Assembly: GCA_016219965.1 (NCBI GenBank)
Contig: JACRJM010000015.1
Location: 31,857-95,856, forward strand
Length of the DNA: 64,000 nucleotides
Direction of reading: 5' to 3'
From: Candidatus Schekmanbacteria bacterium
Lineage (GTDB): Bacteria > Schekmanbacteria > GWA2-38-11 > J061
Part shown: piece after piece, positions 29,180 through 39,679 of the stretch
How positions within the stretch are numbered: position 1 is the stretch's first letter
Layout of the letters: every line of letters starts with the position of its first letter
Position numbers and translations under genes: made by a program
The notes under the pieces: generated by a model
Told to the model about the DNA's origin: nothing
Seen by the model: the letters and a program-made list of their open reading frames with translations, nothing else
The model's database searches: none

Positions 29180-30295
29180 ATGTCAAAAATGAATGTATTA
29201 CATTTAATATATTCCCTACATACTGGTGGTGCAGAAAAAGTTATTGAAAATTACTCAAAATTTCATGATAGGAATTTTTTCAAGCCAATAGTTTGTTCTA
29301 TAACGGATGGGGGAATAATTGTAGATGAAATAAAAAAAACAGGAACAGACGTTTTTTTGCTCAACAAAAAAGGGATGTTTGATGTAAGCGCAGTTTTGCG
29401 ATTAGCAAGGATAATTAAATCACAAAATATTCATATCGTACATGTCCACAATTTCTCGGCAAATTTTTGGGGAACTATAACGGCGGTTTTATGTGGCGTA
29501 CGTTTTATAGTAAGAACTGAGCACAGTATCATTAATAAACGCAAGAGTTTATTCAGGATCAAATATTTCATTAATTCATTATTAGATATTTTTCAAAAAA
29601 AAATAATTTGCGTATCTGAAGAAGTTAGATCAGTGCATGTTAAGAGAAATACCTTGTCTCCTAAAAAATATATTACCATTTATAATGGTGTTGATTCACG
29701 TATTTTTAATGATAGTTATGAAACTTCAAAATATTTTAAAGAATTTAATATAGAAGCAGGTTGTAAAATAGTTGTTAAAATTGCGAGCTTAACTTCACAT
29801 AAAGGTCATGAATATTTTTTGAGGGCTGCCAAGAAAGTGCTAGATGAAGAGAAGAAAGTACTTTTTATTATTGTGGGAGATGGGCCAAGAAAAGATGAAT
29901 TGACAAAACTTGCTAAAGAGCTTGGGATTAAAAATAGTGTTGTATTTACTGGTGTTAGAAAAGATATTAATGGGATTTTAAAACTATCTGATATATTTGT
30001 ACTTTCATCTCTTAGGGAAGGATTTCCTATAACTATTCTTGAAGCAATGGCTGCTTCAAAGCCTGTTATTGTTACTAACGTTGGTGGCACTCCAGAAGCT
30101 GTAATTGAAGGAGCAACCGGATTAATTGTTCAACCAAAGGATGAAATGGCTATGGCAAAGGCAATTCTTCTCTTGTTAAGAGATGAGAAACTAAGACAAA
30201 TAATGGGAAAAAAGGGTAGGGAAAGGTTTGAGATAAATTTTAAAGCTGAATCTATGGTCCGGAAAACAGAAGATGTTTACAGAACATTTGTATAG
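29180..30295 (+). CDS. Family 4 glycosyltransferase
   Basis: GGAEKV, HVHN, IYNGVD, KGHEYF, REGFPITILEAMA, TNVGGTPE. Confidence 0.93.
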   Translation: MSKMNVLHLIYSLHTGGAEKVIENYSKFHDRNFFKPIVCSITDGGIIVDEIKKTGTDVFLLNKKGMFDVSAVLRLARIIKSQNIHIVHVHNFSANFWGTITAVLCGVRFIVRTEHSIINKRKSLFRIKYFINSLLDIFQKKIICVSEEVRSVHVKRNTLSPKKYITIYNGVDSRIFNDSYETSKYFKEFNIEAGCKIVVKIASLTSHKGHEYFLRAAKKVLDEEKKVLFIIVGDGPRKDELTKLAKELGIKNSVVFTGVRKDINGILKLSDIFVLSSLREGFPITILEAMAASKPVIVTNVGGTPEAVIEGATGLIVQPKDEMAMAKAILLLLRDEKLRQIMGKKGRERFEINFKAESMVRKTEDVYRTFV

Positions 30296-30302
30296 GAAAT
30301 TT

Positions 30303-31526
30303 ATGTTAAAAAAAAGAAATTATTTGAATTTATTTTTTTGTATTTTATTTTTATTAGCCAACCCACCTTCTTCAATTTCCAAAATATTTTATGTAAGTAA
30401 ATCTGGAAATGACCATAATCCAGGTACAAGTGAAAAACCTTTCTACTCTATTCAGAAATCAGTAGATTCTTTAAAACATGATGGAGATGAAATATTAATA
30501 TTCCCAGGAGATTATTATGAGTCGGTTTTAATTAATAATTCAAAAAAAATAATTGGCGTTAAAATAAAAAGCACAGATGAGATAGTTAATATTTTTCCAG
30601 ATGATACAAAGCCTGCATTGACTTTAAAATACGCTATTAATTGGAGAATTGAGGGAATAAACTTTTGCGGAAATAATGCAAAAGATATTGTATTAATATA
30701 TAGGTCACCCGGAAGCATTATAGAAAATTGTATGGTTAGTGGTGGCAGTAGCAGCAGCATTGCTTTCAGAGCTGTATATATTCTGAGTTCACCAAACTTT
30801 GTAATAAGTAACTCCACAATTGATGCATTTTCTGAGAATAACATAATGGCTTTTATGTCAGAGAACTTGTTAATTAAAGGAAATAATTTGAGCAATTCGA
30901 ATGCTATAACAATTGGTTTTGATGCAGGATGTAATTATACTGTTTGCGAAGAAAATTATATACACGATAGACTCTTGCCTGGAATAAAAGAAAGAGTAAT
31001 TATTCAGTGCAGAGAAAACATTGGTTCAACGATAAGACGCAATCTGATTGTTGAAAGACAAGATAACTCTTTCTTAGATGCGATTTTGATAAGAGGACCT
31101 GGAAATCCTTCAAAAAGCGTTTTGGTTGAAAATAATACATTGATTGGTCCTTCATCGCAGACGGCCATTGGGATTGCAGCGAACACATTGTCATCTGTAT
31201 GCAGAAATAATATTGTGGTTGGATTTAGAAATGCTATAAAAGTTAAATTTCCTTCTACACCATTAGCTAAACCTGAAGTTAAAGTGGATTGTAATGATTT
31301 CTATAATATCGCTGGTTCAGTTTATGATGATAATGTTGGTCTATGTAAGATAGGTAGCGCAAATATATCGAGTGACCCACTTTTTTCAGATACAGTGTAT
31401 TATAAGCTAAATCCAGGAAGCCCCTGTATTGACTCCGGGGATCCATCTTCAGCATTGCTCCCTGGAGGTGGAAAACGTATTGATATTGGCAGGCATGAAT
31501 ATTATCAGCAAGTGCAATTGCCATAG
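30303..31526 (+). CDS. Secreted right-handed beta-helix protein (DUF1565/pectin-lyase-like)
   Basis: ATG at 30303 gives a signal peptide; FYVSKSGND.NPGT...PF.SIQK, PGDY, Asn-rich repeats, DPLF....YKL.PGSPCIDSG...DIG. Confidence 0.82.
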   Translation: MLKKRNYLNLFFCILFLLANPPSSISKIFYVSKSGNDHNPGTSEKPFYSIQKSVDSLKHDGDEILIFPGDYYESVLINNSKKIIGVKIKSTDEIVNIFPDDTKPALTLKYAINWRIEGINFCGNNAKDIVLIYRSPGSIIENCMVSGGSSSSIAFRAVYILSSPNFVISNSTIDAFSENNIMAFMSENLLIKGNNLSNSNAITIGFDAGCNYTVCEENYIHDRLLPGIKERVIIQCRENIGSTIRRNLIVERQDNSFLDAILIRGPGNPSKSVLVENNTLIGPSSQTAIGIAANTLSSVCRNNIVVGFRNAIKVKFPSTPLAKPEVKVDCNDFYNIAGSVYDDNVGLCKIGSANISSDPLFSDTVYYKLNPGSPCIDSGDPSSALLPGGGKRIDIGRHEYYQQVQLP

Positions 31527-31580
31527 AGTTAGCGAGCGAATTCAATATAATGACAAAATTCTTACATTATGAAGAATCCC
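31519..31580 (+). repeat. Dispersed ~60-bp repeat, copy 1
   Basis: TGCCATAGAGTTAGCGAGCGAATTCAATATAATGACAAAATTCTTACATTATGAAGAATCCC; about 80% identical by manual alignment to 44247..44307. Confidence 0.75.
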
Positions 31581-31627
31581 TATCTCATGTTGTGGTAGTA
31601 TCAATTTATTTAAGTGATGAATAATTT

Positions 31628-32854
31628 ATGGCAATTAAAGTTGCTTATATTGTTGCAAGGTTCCCATCTGTGTCTCAGACATTCATACTTAGAGAGATTT
31701 TGGAATTATGTAATCAAGGTTTTGACATAACGATATTTCCTCTAAAATCTAAGCCAGACAAGCTTACTCACAATGATGCAAAAAAGGTCTTAAATAAAGT
31801 TTATAGTATTTCACCATTTTCAATAAAAGTACTAATGTCTCAAATTTATTTTTTTCTTACCTCACCTTTGAAGTATTTTTATTTGATATATTTTGTCGTA
31901 AAAAATAATTTAAGAAATCCTTATGCGTTAACTATATCACTTGGATTAATTCCAAAATCTGTGCATATTGCACTCATGATTAAACGTCAGAAAATATGCC
32001 ATATCCATGCGCATATGGCTACATTTCAAGCATCATGTGCATTGTTTATATCTGTTCTAACTGGTGTTCCTTTTTCTTTTACTGCACACGCCACTGACAT
32101 TAGAGGAGATCAAGCTGATAGGACTCATGATGGGACAAATATGCTACAGGAAAAATTAGAAAGAGCAAAATTTATTGTTACATGTACAGATGATAATGTG
32201 ATTTATTTGAGAAATAAACACAGAGATATTGCGCCAGAAAAAATTATACTAAACTATCATGGGATAGATACTGATAAATTTTCTCCAAAAAAATGTGAAG
32301 AACAGCCTCCTCTTATATTGGCTGTTGGAAGATTATTAGAATGTAAAGGTTTTGAGTATCTAATAGATGCTTGCAAAATTCTTAGAGAGAAGAATTTGAG
32401 TTTCAAGTGTATGATTGTAGGGGATGGGCCTGATAAAGGTATACTGAAGAAAAGAATTGATAATTCTGACTTGGGAAATATTGTTGAATTAGCTGGCGCA
32501 AAATCGCAGGAGGAATTGATAGAATTGTATAATAAAGCTTCTCTTTTTGTTTTGCCGTCCATTTCTGAAAGTCACTTTGGGATACCCAATACTCTTTTTG
32601 AGGCAATGTCAATGACAGTTCCGGTTATTGTTTCAAATCTTCCAGCTGTTAAAGAGCTTATAGTTTCACGGGATGAGGGTATCGTAATCCCTGAAAAAAA
32701 TGTTTATATTTTGGTTAAGGAAATTGAACAGCTTTTGAGAGATAGTCAGTTAAGGAAAATGATTGGGAAAAATGCTAGAAAAAAGATTATAGAAAACTTC
32801 AGCGTTAAAGAGAAAGTTAAAGAATTAAGATATATTTTTGAAAATAAAATATGA
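31628..32854 (+). CDS. Family 4 glycosyltransferase (WcaL-like)
   Basis: FPSVSQTFILREI, HIHAH, FSFTAHA.DI, VGRL...KGF, GIPNTLFEAM. Confidence 0.9.
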   Translation: MAIKVAYIVARFPSVSQTFILREILELCNQGFDITIFPLKSKPDKLTHNDAKKVLNKVYSISPFSIKVLMSQIYFFLTSPLKYFYLIYFVVKNNLRNPYALTISLGLIPKSVHIALMIKRQKICHIHAHMATFQASCALFISVLTGVPFSFTAHATDIRGDQADRTHDGTNMLQEKLERAKFIVTCTDDNVIYLRNKHRDIAPEKIILNYHGIDTDKFSPKKCEEQPPLILAVGRLLECKGFEYLIDACKILREKNLSFKCMIVGDGPDKGILKKRIDNSDLGNIVELAGAKSQEELIELYNKASLFVLPSISESHFGIPNTLFEAMSMTVPVIVSNLPAVKELIVSRDEGIVIPEKNVYILVKEIEQLLRDSQLRKMIGKNARKKIIENFSVKEKVKELRYIFENKI

Positions 32855-33987
32855 CTTTTATTTTTTATTTACTGATTTTTATAGTTGTTTATGTGTATTT
32901 CGGATACTACTCGTTGCTCCGAATGCTGGAAATCTTTTCAAGGCAAAAAATAATTATTGGAGACTATGTTCCTACCGTTACTCTGTTTGTTCCTGTTTTT
33001 AATGAAGAAAAGATTATTAGAAAAAAAATTGAAAATTCAATTGGAATTGACTATCCAAAAGAAAAAATTGAGATTGTTTTTTATTCTGATAACTCGTCTG
33101 ATGAGACAGATCAGATAATAAATGAATATATAGGTACAGGAATAAAACTTTATAGGGCGGATACTAGAAGGGGAAAAAATTATCTAATAAATAATTCTTT
33201 TGAAAAAATGAATGGTGATATTATCGTATTTTCTGATGCAAATTCACTTTACAGAAAGGATGCTATAAAACTTTTAGTGAGAAACTTTAAAGACCAAACA
33301 GTAGGGTGTGTTTGCGGAAAACTGGTTTATATAAGTGATGCAAATTCTTTAGTCGGCAAAGGGGAGAGTTTATATTTTAAATATGAATCTACTTTAAAAA
33401 GGCTAGAGAGTGTTTTTGGAAGTGTCGTTACTGGAAACGGGGCAATTTATGCGATACGTAAAAATTTACTTTCGCAGTTACCTGAAGAAGTACCTAATGA
33501 TTTTGCTCATCCAATTGAAATAAAAGCAAAAGGATTTAAAGTGATTTATGAACCATTAGCTATTGCTGAAGAAAGGGCTACTGTCTCTACTGCCGAAGAA
33601 TTTAGACGACGAGTTAGAATCGTACTTAGAAGTTTCACAGCGTTTATTTTTTATCAAAAAAAATATAATATTTTAAAAAATTCATATTCCTTTTTCTTTA
33701 TTTCTCATAAGCTTTTAAGATGGTTCATTTTCCCTTTAATGGTTCTTATTTTTTTTATAAATCTTTCTTTGAATGGATATTATGCTAATATATTGTTATA
33801 TATTCAGTGTATCTTTTATATTAGTGCGTTAATTGGTTTTATTTGTCAAAAAATGGACTTTAAAATTAAGGTATTTTATATTCCTTTTTATTTTTGTTTA
33901 ATAAACTTAGCGGGAGCTTTGGGTATATTGAAATACTTTATAGGGAAAAAAGAAATTATGTGGGATATAGCGGAAACAACCCGATAA
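32851..33987 (+). CDS. Family 2 glycosyltransferase, membrane-bound
   Basis: PVFNEE, SDNSSDET, FSDANS, GNGAIYAIR, NDF, EFRRRVRI, SHKLLRW. Confidence 0.92.
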   Translation: MTFIFYLLIFIVVYVYFGYYSLLRMLEIFSRQKIIIGDYVPTVTLFVPVFNEEKIIRKKIENSIGIDYPKEKIEIVFYSDNSSDETDQIINEYIGTGIKLYRADTRRGKNYLINNSFEKMNGDIIVFSDANSLYRKDAIKLLVRNFKDQTVGCVCGKLVYISDANSLVGKGESLYFKYESTLKRLESVFGSVVTGNGAIYAIRKNLLSQLPEEVPNDFAHPIEIKAKGFKVIYEPLAIAEERATVSTAEEFRRRVRIVLRSFTAFIFYQKKYNILKNSYSFFFISHKLLRWFIFPLMVLIFFINLSLNGYYANILLYIQCIFYISALIGFICQKMDFKIKVFYIPFYFCLINLAGALGILKYFIGKKEIMWDIAETTR

Positions 33988-34019
33988 TTTTATTAAAATT
34001 ATAATTATGCAAATATTAT

Positions 34020-34607
34020 ATGGAAAATAGAAAGAACTCAACTCCAAGAAACAATCCAAAAGTCACAGATTATTTTGAGGTGCTTAGGTTTATTTTCTCA
34101 TTTTCTCTTTATAAGGAGCTGATATTTAAATTCGCTTATTTTATTCATGATCATGTGGCTCCTTTAAAAGAAATGCATATAGCAGGTAATCCTCGTATTC
34201 ATCCGTCTGCATCATTGCGGTGCGGTAAAAATATCTATTTGGGAAATAATTCACATATTAACCAGTTTTGCTGTGTATGGGCAAGCCCGGAATCAAAAAT
34301 TGTTATAGGTGATAATTTATTAATGGGGCCTGGCGTAAAGATATTTTCTTCAAACCATGGGACAGATAAAAATACTCCGATGAATCTTCAAAAATTTTCT
34401 GAGAAAGATATAAAAATTGGCAATGATGTTTGGATAGGTGCAAATTCAGTAGTCCTTTCCGGTGTTGACATAGGAGATGGTGTAATTGTTGCTGCAGGTT
34501 CAGTTGTAACGAAAGATATTCCTTCATTTACTATAGCTGGAGGTGTACCTGCAAAAGTTATTAAGCAAAGAGAGAAAAAAATCCTTGATGAAATTATAGG
34601 TAAATAA
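34020..34607 (+). CDS. Hexapeptide-repeat O-acetyltransferase (WcaF/Maa-like)
   Basis: [38 protein letters not shown]...AGGVPAK. Confidence 0.92.
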   Translation: MENRKNSTPRNNPKVTDYFEVLRFIFSFSLYKELIFKFAYFIHDHVAPLKEMHIAGNPRIHPSASLRCGKNIYLGNNSHINQFCCVWASPESKIVIGDNLLMGPGVKIFSSNHGTDKNTPMNLQKFSEKDIKIGNDVWIGANSVVLSGVDIGDGVIVAAGSVVTKDIPSFTIAGGVPAKVIKQREKKILDEIIGK

Positions 34608-34609
34608 CT

Positions 34610-35449
34610 GTGAGTAATAAATCTAAAAGAGATACATTTTTTTTTATTGTAGTTCTAATTACGTTTCTTCTACTTTACAGTAAAACGATTATTTGGTTAG
34701 GAAGTCGATGGTACAATGATGAGGATTACTCTCACGGACCATTAATTCCACTTGTTTCAGGTTATCTTATATGGATAAAAAGGGACAAACTAAAGCAAAT
34801 AGAACTATCGACAAATATAGTAGGGCTCTATTTGCTGATCGTGTCTCTTTTAATCCATGTCTTCAGTATAAGGGCGGAGGTTAGTTTTACATCAGCGTAT
34901 TCATTAATTTTGTCAACTGCTGGTATAGTCCTTTATTTTTTTGGCCGCAATTTATTTAACGAAGTAATTTTCCCAATCGGTTATCTTGTTTTTATGGTTC
35001 CTTTTTTCCAGTTTATTATTGATCCATTGTCAAATAAACTGAAACTGTTTTCAGCTTACTTGTCAGCAGAAATAATCGATCTTGCAGGTATTCCAGTGTA
35101 TAGGGATGGTGTTATGTTGCATCTTGCTACAGGCTCTCTTGAAGTTGCAAATCCTTGTAGCGGAATAAGATCAATAATATCGCTTTTAGCTCTCGGAACT
35201 ATATTCTCATATTTTTCGACTACTACAATGACGAATAGAATTTTGCTAGTTTGTTCTACAATTCCTCTTGCCGTTGTTGGCAATTTGGCAAGAATAGTTT
35301 TTTCAGGAGTAATGACAAATGCAGGTATAGATGTTACTACTGGATTCATACATACTCTCACTGGTTTAATCGTTTTTGCAGTTGCATTTGCAGGCCTTAT
35401 TGGTGTCAGGAAACTTCTTATATGGAAAAGCGAAATAAAAAATATTTAA
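34610..35449 (+). CDS. xrtA: Exosortase (EpsH family, probably XrtA type)
   Basis: W..DEDYSHG.LIP; catalytic VANPCSGIRS; NLARI Arg; IHTLTG His; about 8 TMs; adjacent to epsI and prsK/prsR. Confidence 0.9.
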   Translation: MSNKSKRDTFFFIVVLITFLLLYSKTIIWLGSRWYNDEDYSHGPLIPLVSGYLIWIKRDKLKQIELSTNIVGLYLLIVSLLIHVFSIRAEVSFTSAYSLILSTAGIVLYFFGRNLFNEVIFPIGYLVFMVPFFQFIIDPLSNKLKLFSAYLSAEIIDLAGIPVYRDGVMLHLATGSLEVANPCSGIRSIISLLALGTIFSYFSTTTMTNRILLVCSTIPLAVVGNLARIVFSGVMTNAGIDVTTGFIHTLTGLIVFAVAFAGLIGVRKLLIWKSEIKNI

Positions 35450-36075
35450 TAGTTATTGCATGTCTTTCTATTGTGACATGTTATTCATTATTAATATTTA
35501 AACCAAGTGACCGCTCTTTTGTCGCTCAACGCTTAAAAGAATTTCCACGAAACTTTGGCAAATGGGAATTTATAAGAGATGTGGAGATGCAAGAACAAAT
35601 AATAAGCGCACTGGACCCCAGTTCAATAGTTTTTAGAGAATATAGAAATCCTGAAGGCAAAAAAATGTGGCTTTGTATAGTGTACCACCAAAATGATAGA
35701 TGGGGTGCTCATGATCCACAAGTATGTTATAAATCGCAGGGTTGGGATATAGCAAATTATGGTGGCAAGTATGAAACCACTCAGATTCATATAAAAGAAA
35801 CAGATGTTGATATAAACAGATTCTATGTAAGCAAGGGAGGGTTTAAAGAGGTTGTTTACTACTGGTGGTTTGGTTCAAAGAAAAAACAGATGACAACAAG
35901 GTTTCAACAAATGCTTGATCTTGCCATTAATGGAGTTCTTTACGGTTATAACGACAGCGGTTTTATTCGAGTATCGATAAATCTTGAAGAAGGACACGAA
36001 GACGAATGTAAAAAGGCTGGGTATGAATTTGCAAAAGCAGTATCCTCTCTTATAGTAGCCTATCTTCCGGACTAG
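35422..36075 (+). CDS. epsI: EpsI-family exosortase-associated protein
   Basis: Likely start ATG 35422 (MEKRNKKYLIVIACL); FPRNFGKW, REYRN, AHDPQVCYKSQGW, VYYWW, FIRVS. Confidence 0.88.
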   Translation: MEKRNKKYLIVIACLSIVTCYSLLIFKPSDRSFVAQRLKEFPRNFGKWEFIRDVEMQEQIISALDPSSIVFREYRNPEGKKMWLCIVYHQNDRWGAHDPQVCYKSQGWDIANYGGKYETTQIHIKETDVDINRFYVSKGGFKEVVYYWWFGSKKKQMTTRFQQMLDLAINGVLYGYNDSGFIRVSINLEEGHEDECKKAGYEFAKAVSSLIVAYLPD

Positions 36076-36077
36076 AA

Positions 36078-38201
36078 ATGGTAGGACTTATTTTAGCACC
36101 ATCAGCGCTGTGTTTCATTCTTCTGATTCCTCTTAGCTTCTATGTTTTAAGCAAGAATCCCAAGGAACTTCCTAACATCTCTTTTGCAATTGCCACCGGG
36201 ACTTTGGCATTAGTTGAGTTAGGGAAGTTTATGTTTCTCCTTAATCCAGTGTCTTGGACAGCAGATATATGGCTTAAATGTTTTTGGGGTGGATTAGTAT
36301 CAATGCCGGTATCGTGGCTTTTCTTCAGCCTCATATTTGCAAGAGAAGGCTATAATCCAATAATTACGAAATGGCGTTGGGGCCTGACAGGGGTTTCACT
36401 CGCATCAGCGGCAGCAATTCTCGTTGTTACTAAAGATGATAAAGCTATTTATCCTGCTGTTGTCGGCAAAACTCCGGGAGTAGTTCTTGGGGCTGACAGC
36501 TATTTTATGTGTATATATCTTATGCTCGCATTTGTCCTCGTAATAGTTAATTTTGAAAACACATTAAGAAACGCATCGGGCCCAATTAAAAGACAGATAA
36601 AATATGCAATAGTTGGAATAATTGGAGTCTTCTCATTCTTTATATATATTTTGACTGAAGCACTTTTATATTCTTTTATCGCAGTTAAACTTTTATTTGC
36701 CGGTTCATGCATCACTATAATTTTAACACTGGTCCTATATTTTTCTATTATAAGATACCGTATGCTCGATGTTCACGTCTTCATTTCCAGATATGTTATT
36801 TACAGGTCAGTTTCAATCCTTGCAGTTGGCATCTATTTATTATTAACTGGAACATTGTTACAGCTTACTGAGGTTCTTGGAGGTAGTTTTTACCAATATT
36901 TTAAACCGGTAATGGTTTTTGTCGCAGTAGCTTTGTTCGCAATATTGTTACTATCAGACAGAGTGAGGCGAAAACTTCAAATATTTATTAGTAAGAATTT
37001 TTTTGCCAATAAATATGATTACCGTTACGTCTGGTCTCAATTTACAGAAAAACTTGGCTACACGGTAAAGATTAATGAAATGTTGCCGGAAATTGCCGAG
37101 ATGATTGCCGGAATTATGTGGGTTGAATCAGTTTCAATCTGGTTGTATGATGAGGAAGTTAAGGGATACAAGGTGGCAGAATATTTTAATCTCATGGAGA
37201 TGAAAGATGTAATAATAAAAAGTGACGATTTTATTGTTAAAGCACTTGAAGAACAGGAAATATTAGATCTTACAAAGCTTACGGAAAGTTCGGATGTTCA
37301 AGATTTAGACAAGGCTATATTTATGTCTAACACCTTAAATGCACGTGTAGTGGTCTCAATGAAAAATCAAGAGGGGTTAATGGGTTTTATTGCAGTTGGT
37401 AGCGAAATAACTGGAGAACATTTTAATTATGAAGATTATGAACTGCTTCAGACATTAGCAAGGCAATCGGCAAACCTAATTCAAAATGCTATGCTTTCTG
37501 AAAGATTAATGATTTCACAGCAAATGGAATCTGTTACCAGAGTTGCATCATTTATAATTCATGATCTCAAGAATCTTATATCAACACTGGATATGCTTTT
37601 AGATAATAGCAGGGAATATATTGATAATCCTGAATTTCAGAAAGACTTGATAATCACACTCGAAAATACTGTAAAAAAGATGCGCAGGATGATGGAGAGA
37701 GTTTCTACAAAACCGCAGGAGACAAATTTTATCTTTGAACCTGTCAACTTAATTAATATAATTAGAAATAGCATCGAGGAGGTCCGTCTGGAGAATAATC
37801 CTAAAGTTAAATTGATGAAATCCTTTGACGAAAATGACTCAGTTGTAACTATGGGAGATGAAAAATCATTGAATAAAGTTTTTACAAATATCTTGATAAA
37901 TGCAATGCAGGCTTTGCCTTCAATTGGAGGAGTTATAGATATTAGCGTAAACAAAAATAACGATAGAATTAATGTTTCTATTTCAGATAATGGGAAAGGA
38001 ATAACACAAGACTTCATAAAAAAAAGTCTTTTTAAACCATTTCAGACTACTAAAGAGGGAGGTTTAGGTATAGGATTGTACCAATGCAAAACTATTATTG
38101 GAGCACATGAAAAGGCAACATTAGATGTCGAAAGCGAAAAGGGGAAGGGAGCAAAATTTATAATAAGCTTTCCTATCAGTGAAAGAGGTGCAGTAAATTG
38201 A
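36078..38201 (+). CDS. prsK: PEP-CTERM system sensor histidine kinase PrsK
   Basis: N-terminal multi-TM domain, KNFFANKYDYR..W..FT, GAF, ASFIIHDLKN H-box, NPEFQ.D, DNGKG, LFKPFQTTKEGGLGIGLYQC. Confidence 0.93.
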   Translation: MVGLILAPSALCFILLIPLSFYVLSKNPKELPNISFAIATGTLALVELGKFMFLLNPVSWTADIWLKCFWGGLVSMPVSWLFFSLIFAREGYNPIITKWRWGLTGVSLASAAAILVVTKDDKAIYPAVVGKTPGVVLGADSYFMCIYLMLAFVLVIVNFENTLRNASGPIKRQIKYAIVGIIGVFSFFIYILTEALLYSFIAVKLLFAGSCITIILTLVLYFSIIRYRMLDVHVFISRYVIYRSVSILAVGIYLLLTGTLLQLTEVLGGSFYQYFKPVMVFVAVALFAILLLSDRVRRKLQIFISKNFFANKYDYRYVWSQFTEKLGYTVKINEMLPEIAEMIAGIMWVESVSIWLYDEEVKGYKVAEYFNLMEMKDVIIKSDDFIVKALEEQEILDLTKLTESSDVQDLDKAIFMSNTLNARVVVSMKNQEGLMGFIAVGSEITGEHFNYEDYELLQTLARQSANLIQNAMLSERLMISQQMESVTRVASFIIHDLKNLISTLDMLLDNSREYIDNPEFQKDLIITLENTVKKMRRMMERVSTKPQETNFIFEPVNLINIIRNSIEEVRLENNPKVKLMKSFDENDSVVTMGDEKSLNKVFTNILINAMQALPSIGGVIDISVNKNNDRINVSISDNGKGITQDFIKKSLFKPFQTTKEGGLGIGLYQCKTIIGAHEKATLDVESEKGKGAKFIISFPISERGAVN

Positions 38202-39559
38202 CAAAAAAACAAAAACTCTTAATTGTTGAAGATGACCGTGAAGCATTAAGGCAGTTAGATTGGGCATTTTCTAGGTTTTATAAAGTTATAAAGACTGATA
38301 CTGAGGAACAGGCCATTGAATTATTTATTGAACAACAGCCGCGTGTAGTATTGCTCGATCTTTCTCTTAGCGATGACCAGGAAGAACAGGAAGGGTTTAG
38401 AATATTGGAAAAAGTGTTAAGCCTTGATCCTCTTACTAAGGTTATTGTTGTTACAGGACATGATGAGGACAAAGCAGCTATCAAAGCAATAAGACTTGGT
38501 GCATGGGATTATTATATTAAACCTGTAAAGCCGTCAGAATTAAGAGCTATGGTAGATAGGGCTTACCATATAAGTGACATTGAGGAGAAAAGCTTAACCA
38601 ATGCAAGAAAAGAGTTTGACGAGAACAAATATGGTGAGATTGTAGGAGGATGTCCTGAAATTAAAGAAGTAATGCAGTTTATTGATAATGTCGCTGGAAC
38701 TGAGACAACAGTATTAATCCTTGGTGAAAGTGGCACCGGGAAAGAACTAGTGGCTCGTGCTATCCATAATTCCAGCAAGAGAAAAGAAAAGCCTTTCATT
38801 GTAATAAACTGTGGTGCAATCCCTGAAAACCTGCTGGAAAGTGAGCTTTTTGGACACGAGAAAGGTTCTTTTACAGGAGCTTACGCACAAAAAAAAGGAA
38901 AATTGGAGTTGGCGGAAGAAGGAACTATATTCCTTGATGAAATAGGTGAAATTCCACCAATACTTCAAGTAAAATTGCTCAGGTTCCTTCAGGAGAAAGA
39001 GTTTGAACGTGTTGGCGGCACAAAGCAGATTAAAGTTAATGCGAGGATAATAGTTGCAACTAACAGAGATTTGAAGACTGATATGAATGAAGGTAAATTC
39101 AGAGAAGACCTTTATTATCGTTTGAATGTTGTTTCAGTAACATTGCCGCCTTTAAGAGAGAGGGGAAATGATGTAATACTGATTGCAAGATTTTTGGTAG
39201 ACAAATATTGTGCTGAAAACAATATTCCTCCAAAATCTCTGAGTAGAGAAGCAGAGCTGGCAATTAGAAAATATCAGTGGCCAGGGAATATAAGGGAATT
39301 GGAAAATCTCACAAAAAGAGCAATAATCATGTCTCCAGGGAGTTTGCTTTTCCCCTCTGACCTGGGATTAAAAGAAACGGCAGAGTCAAAATGCCTCTTA
39401 ACACTAAAAGAAGCAAAAGAAGAAATAGAGAGGAAATGTCTGCTTGATGCTCTTGAAAAAAATAATGGATTTGTAAGCAGAGCTGCTAAAGATTTAGGTG
39501 TAAGTAGAGGAACATTTTACGATTTATTGAAAAAACATGGGATTGAAATTGAAGAATAA
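38198..39559 (+). CDS. prsR: PEP-CTERM-box sigma54 response regulator PrsR
   Basis: Receiver (QLDWAF, LLDLSL), GESGTGKE, GSFTGA, FLDEIGE, WPGNIREL, Fis-type HTH SRGTFYDLLKKHG; follows prsK. Confidence 0.92.
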   Translation: MTKKQKLLIVEDDREALRQLDWAFSRFYKVIKTDTEEQAIELFIEQQPRVVLLDLSLSDDQEEQEGFRILEKVLSLDPLTKVIVVTGHDEDKAAIKAIRLGAWDYYIKPVKPSELRAMVDRAYHISDIEEKSLTNARKEFDENKYGEIVGGCPEIKEVMQFIDNVAGTETTVLILGESGTGKELVARAIHNSSKRKEKPFIVINCGAIPENLLESELFGHEKGSFTGAYAQKKGKLELAEEGTIFLDEIGEIPPILQVKLLRFLQEKEFERVGGTKQIKVNARIIVATNRDLKTDMNEGKFREDLYYRLNVVSVTLPPLRERGNDVILIARFLVDKYCAENNIPPKSLSREAELAIRKYQWPGNIRELENLTKRAIIMSPGSLLFPSDLGLKETAESKCLLTLKEAKEEIERKCLLDALEKNNGFVSRAAKDLGVSRGTFYDLLKKHGIEIEE

Positions 39560-39679
39560 ATTCTTGGAATTTAGATTCTTCATATAAAACATACTGAGTA
39601 CTAATTGTGTTTATAGTTCATATCCCAGTCAATAGTTTTAGTTTAATTTGTCACCTGTAGCTAATAATAAAAAAAGTCG

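Noticed and set aside
31528..31541. GTTAGCG core read as an integron attC site
   Set aside because: No inverse core site, no long imperfect palindrome, no integrase or cassette array.
35251..35421. Cys-rich N-terminal extension of EpsI in the ORF track
   Set aside because: Artefact of an upstream TTG inside the exosortase gene; ATG 35422 gives a normal EpsI.
39560..39679. Cobalamin or c-di-GMP riboswitch ahead of the radical SAM gene
   Set aside because: Short AT-rich gap with no recognisable conserved riboswitch core.
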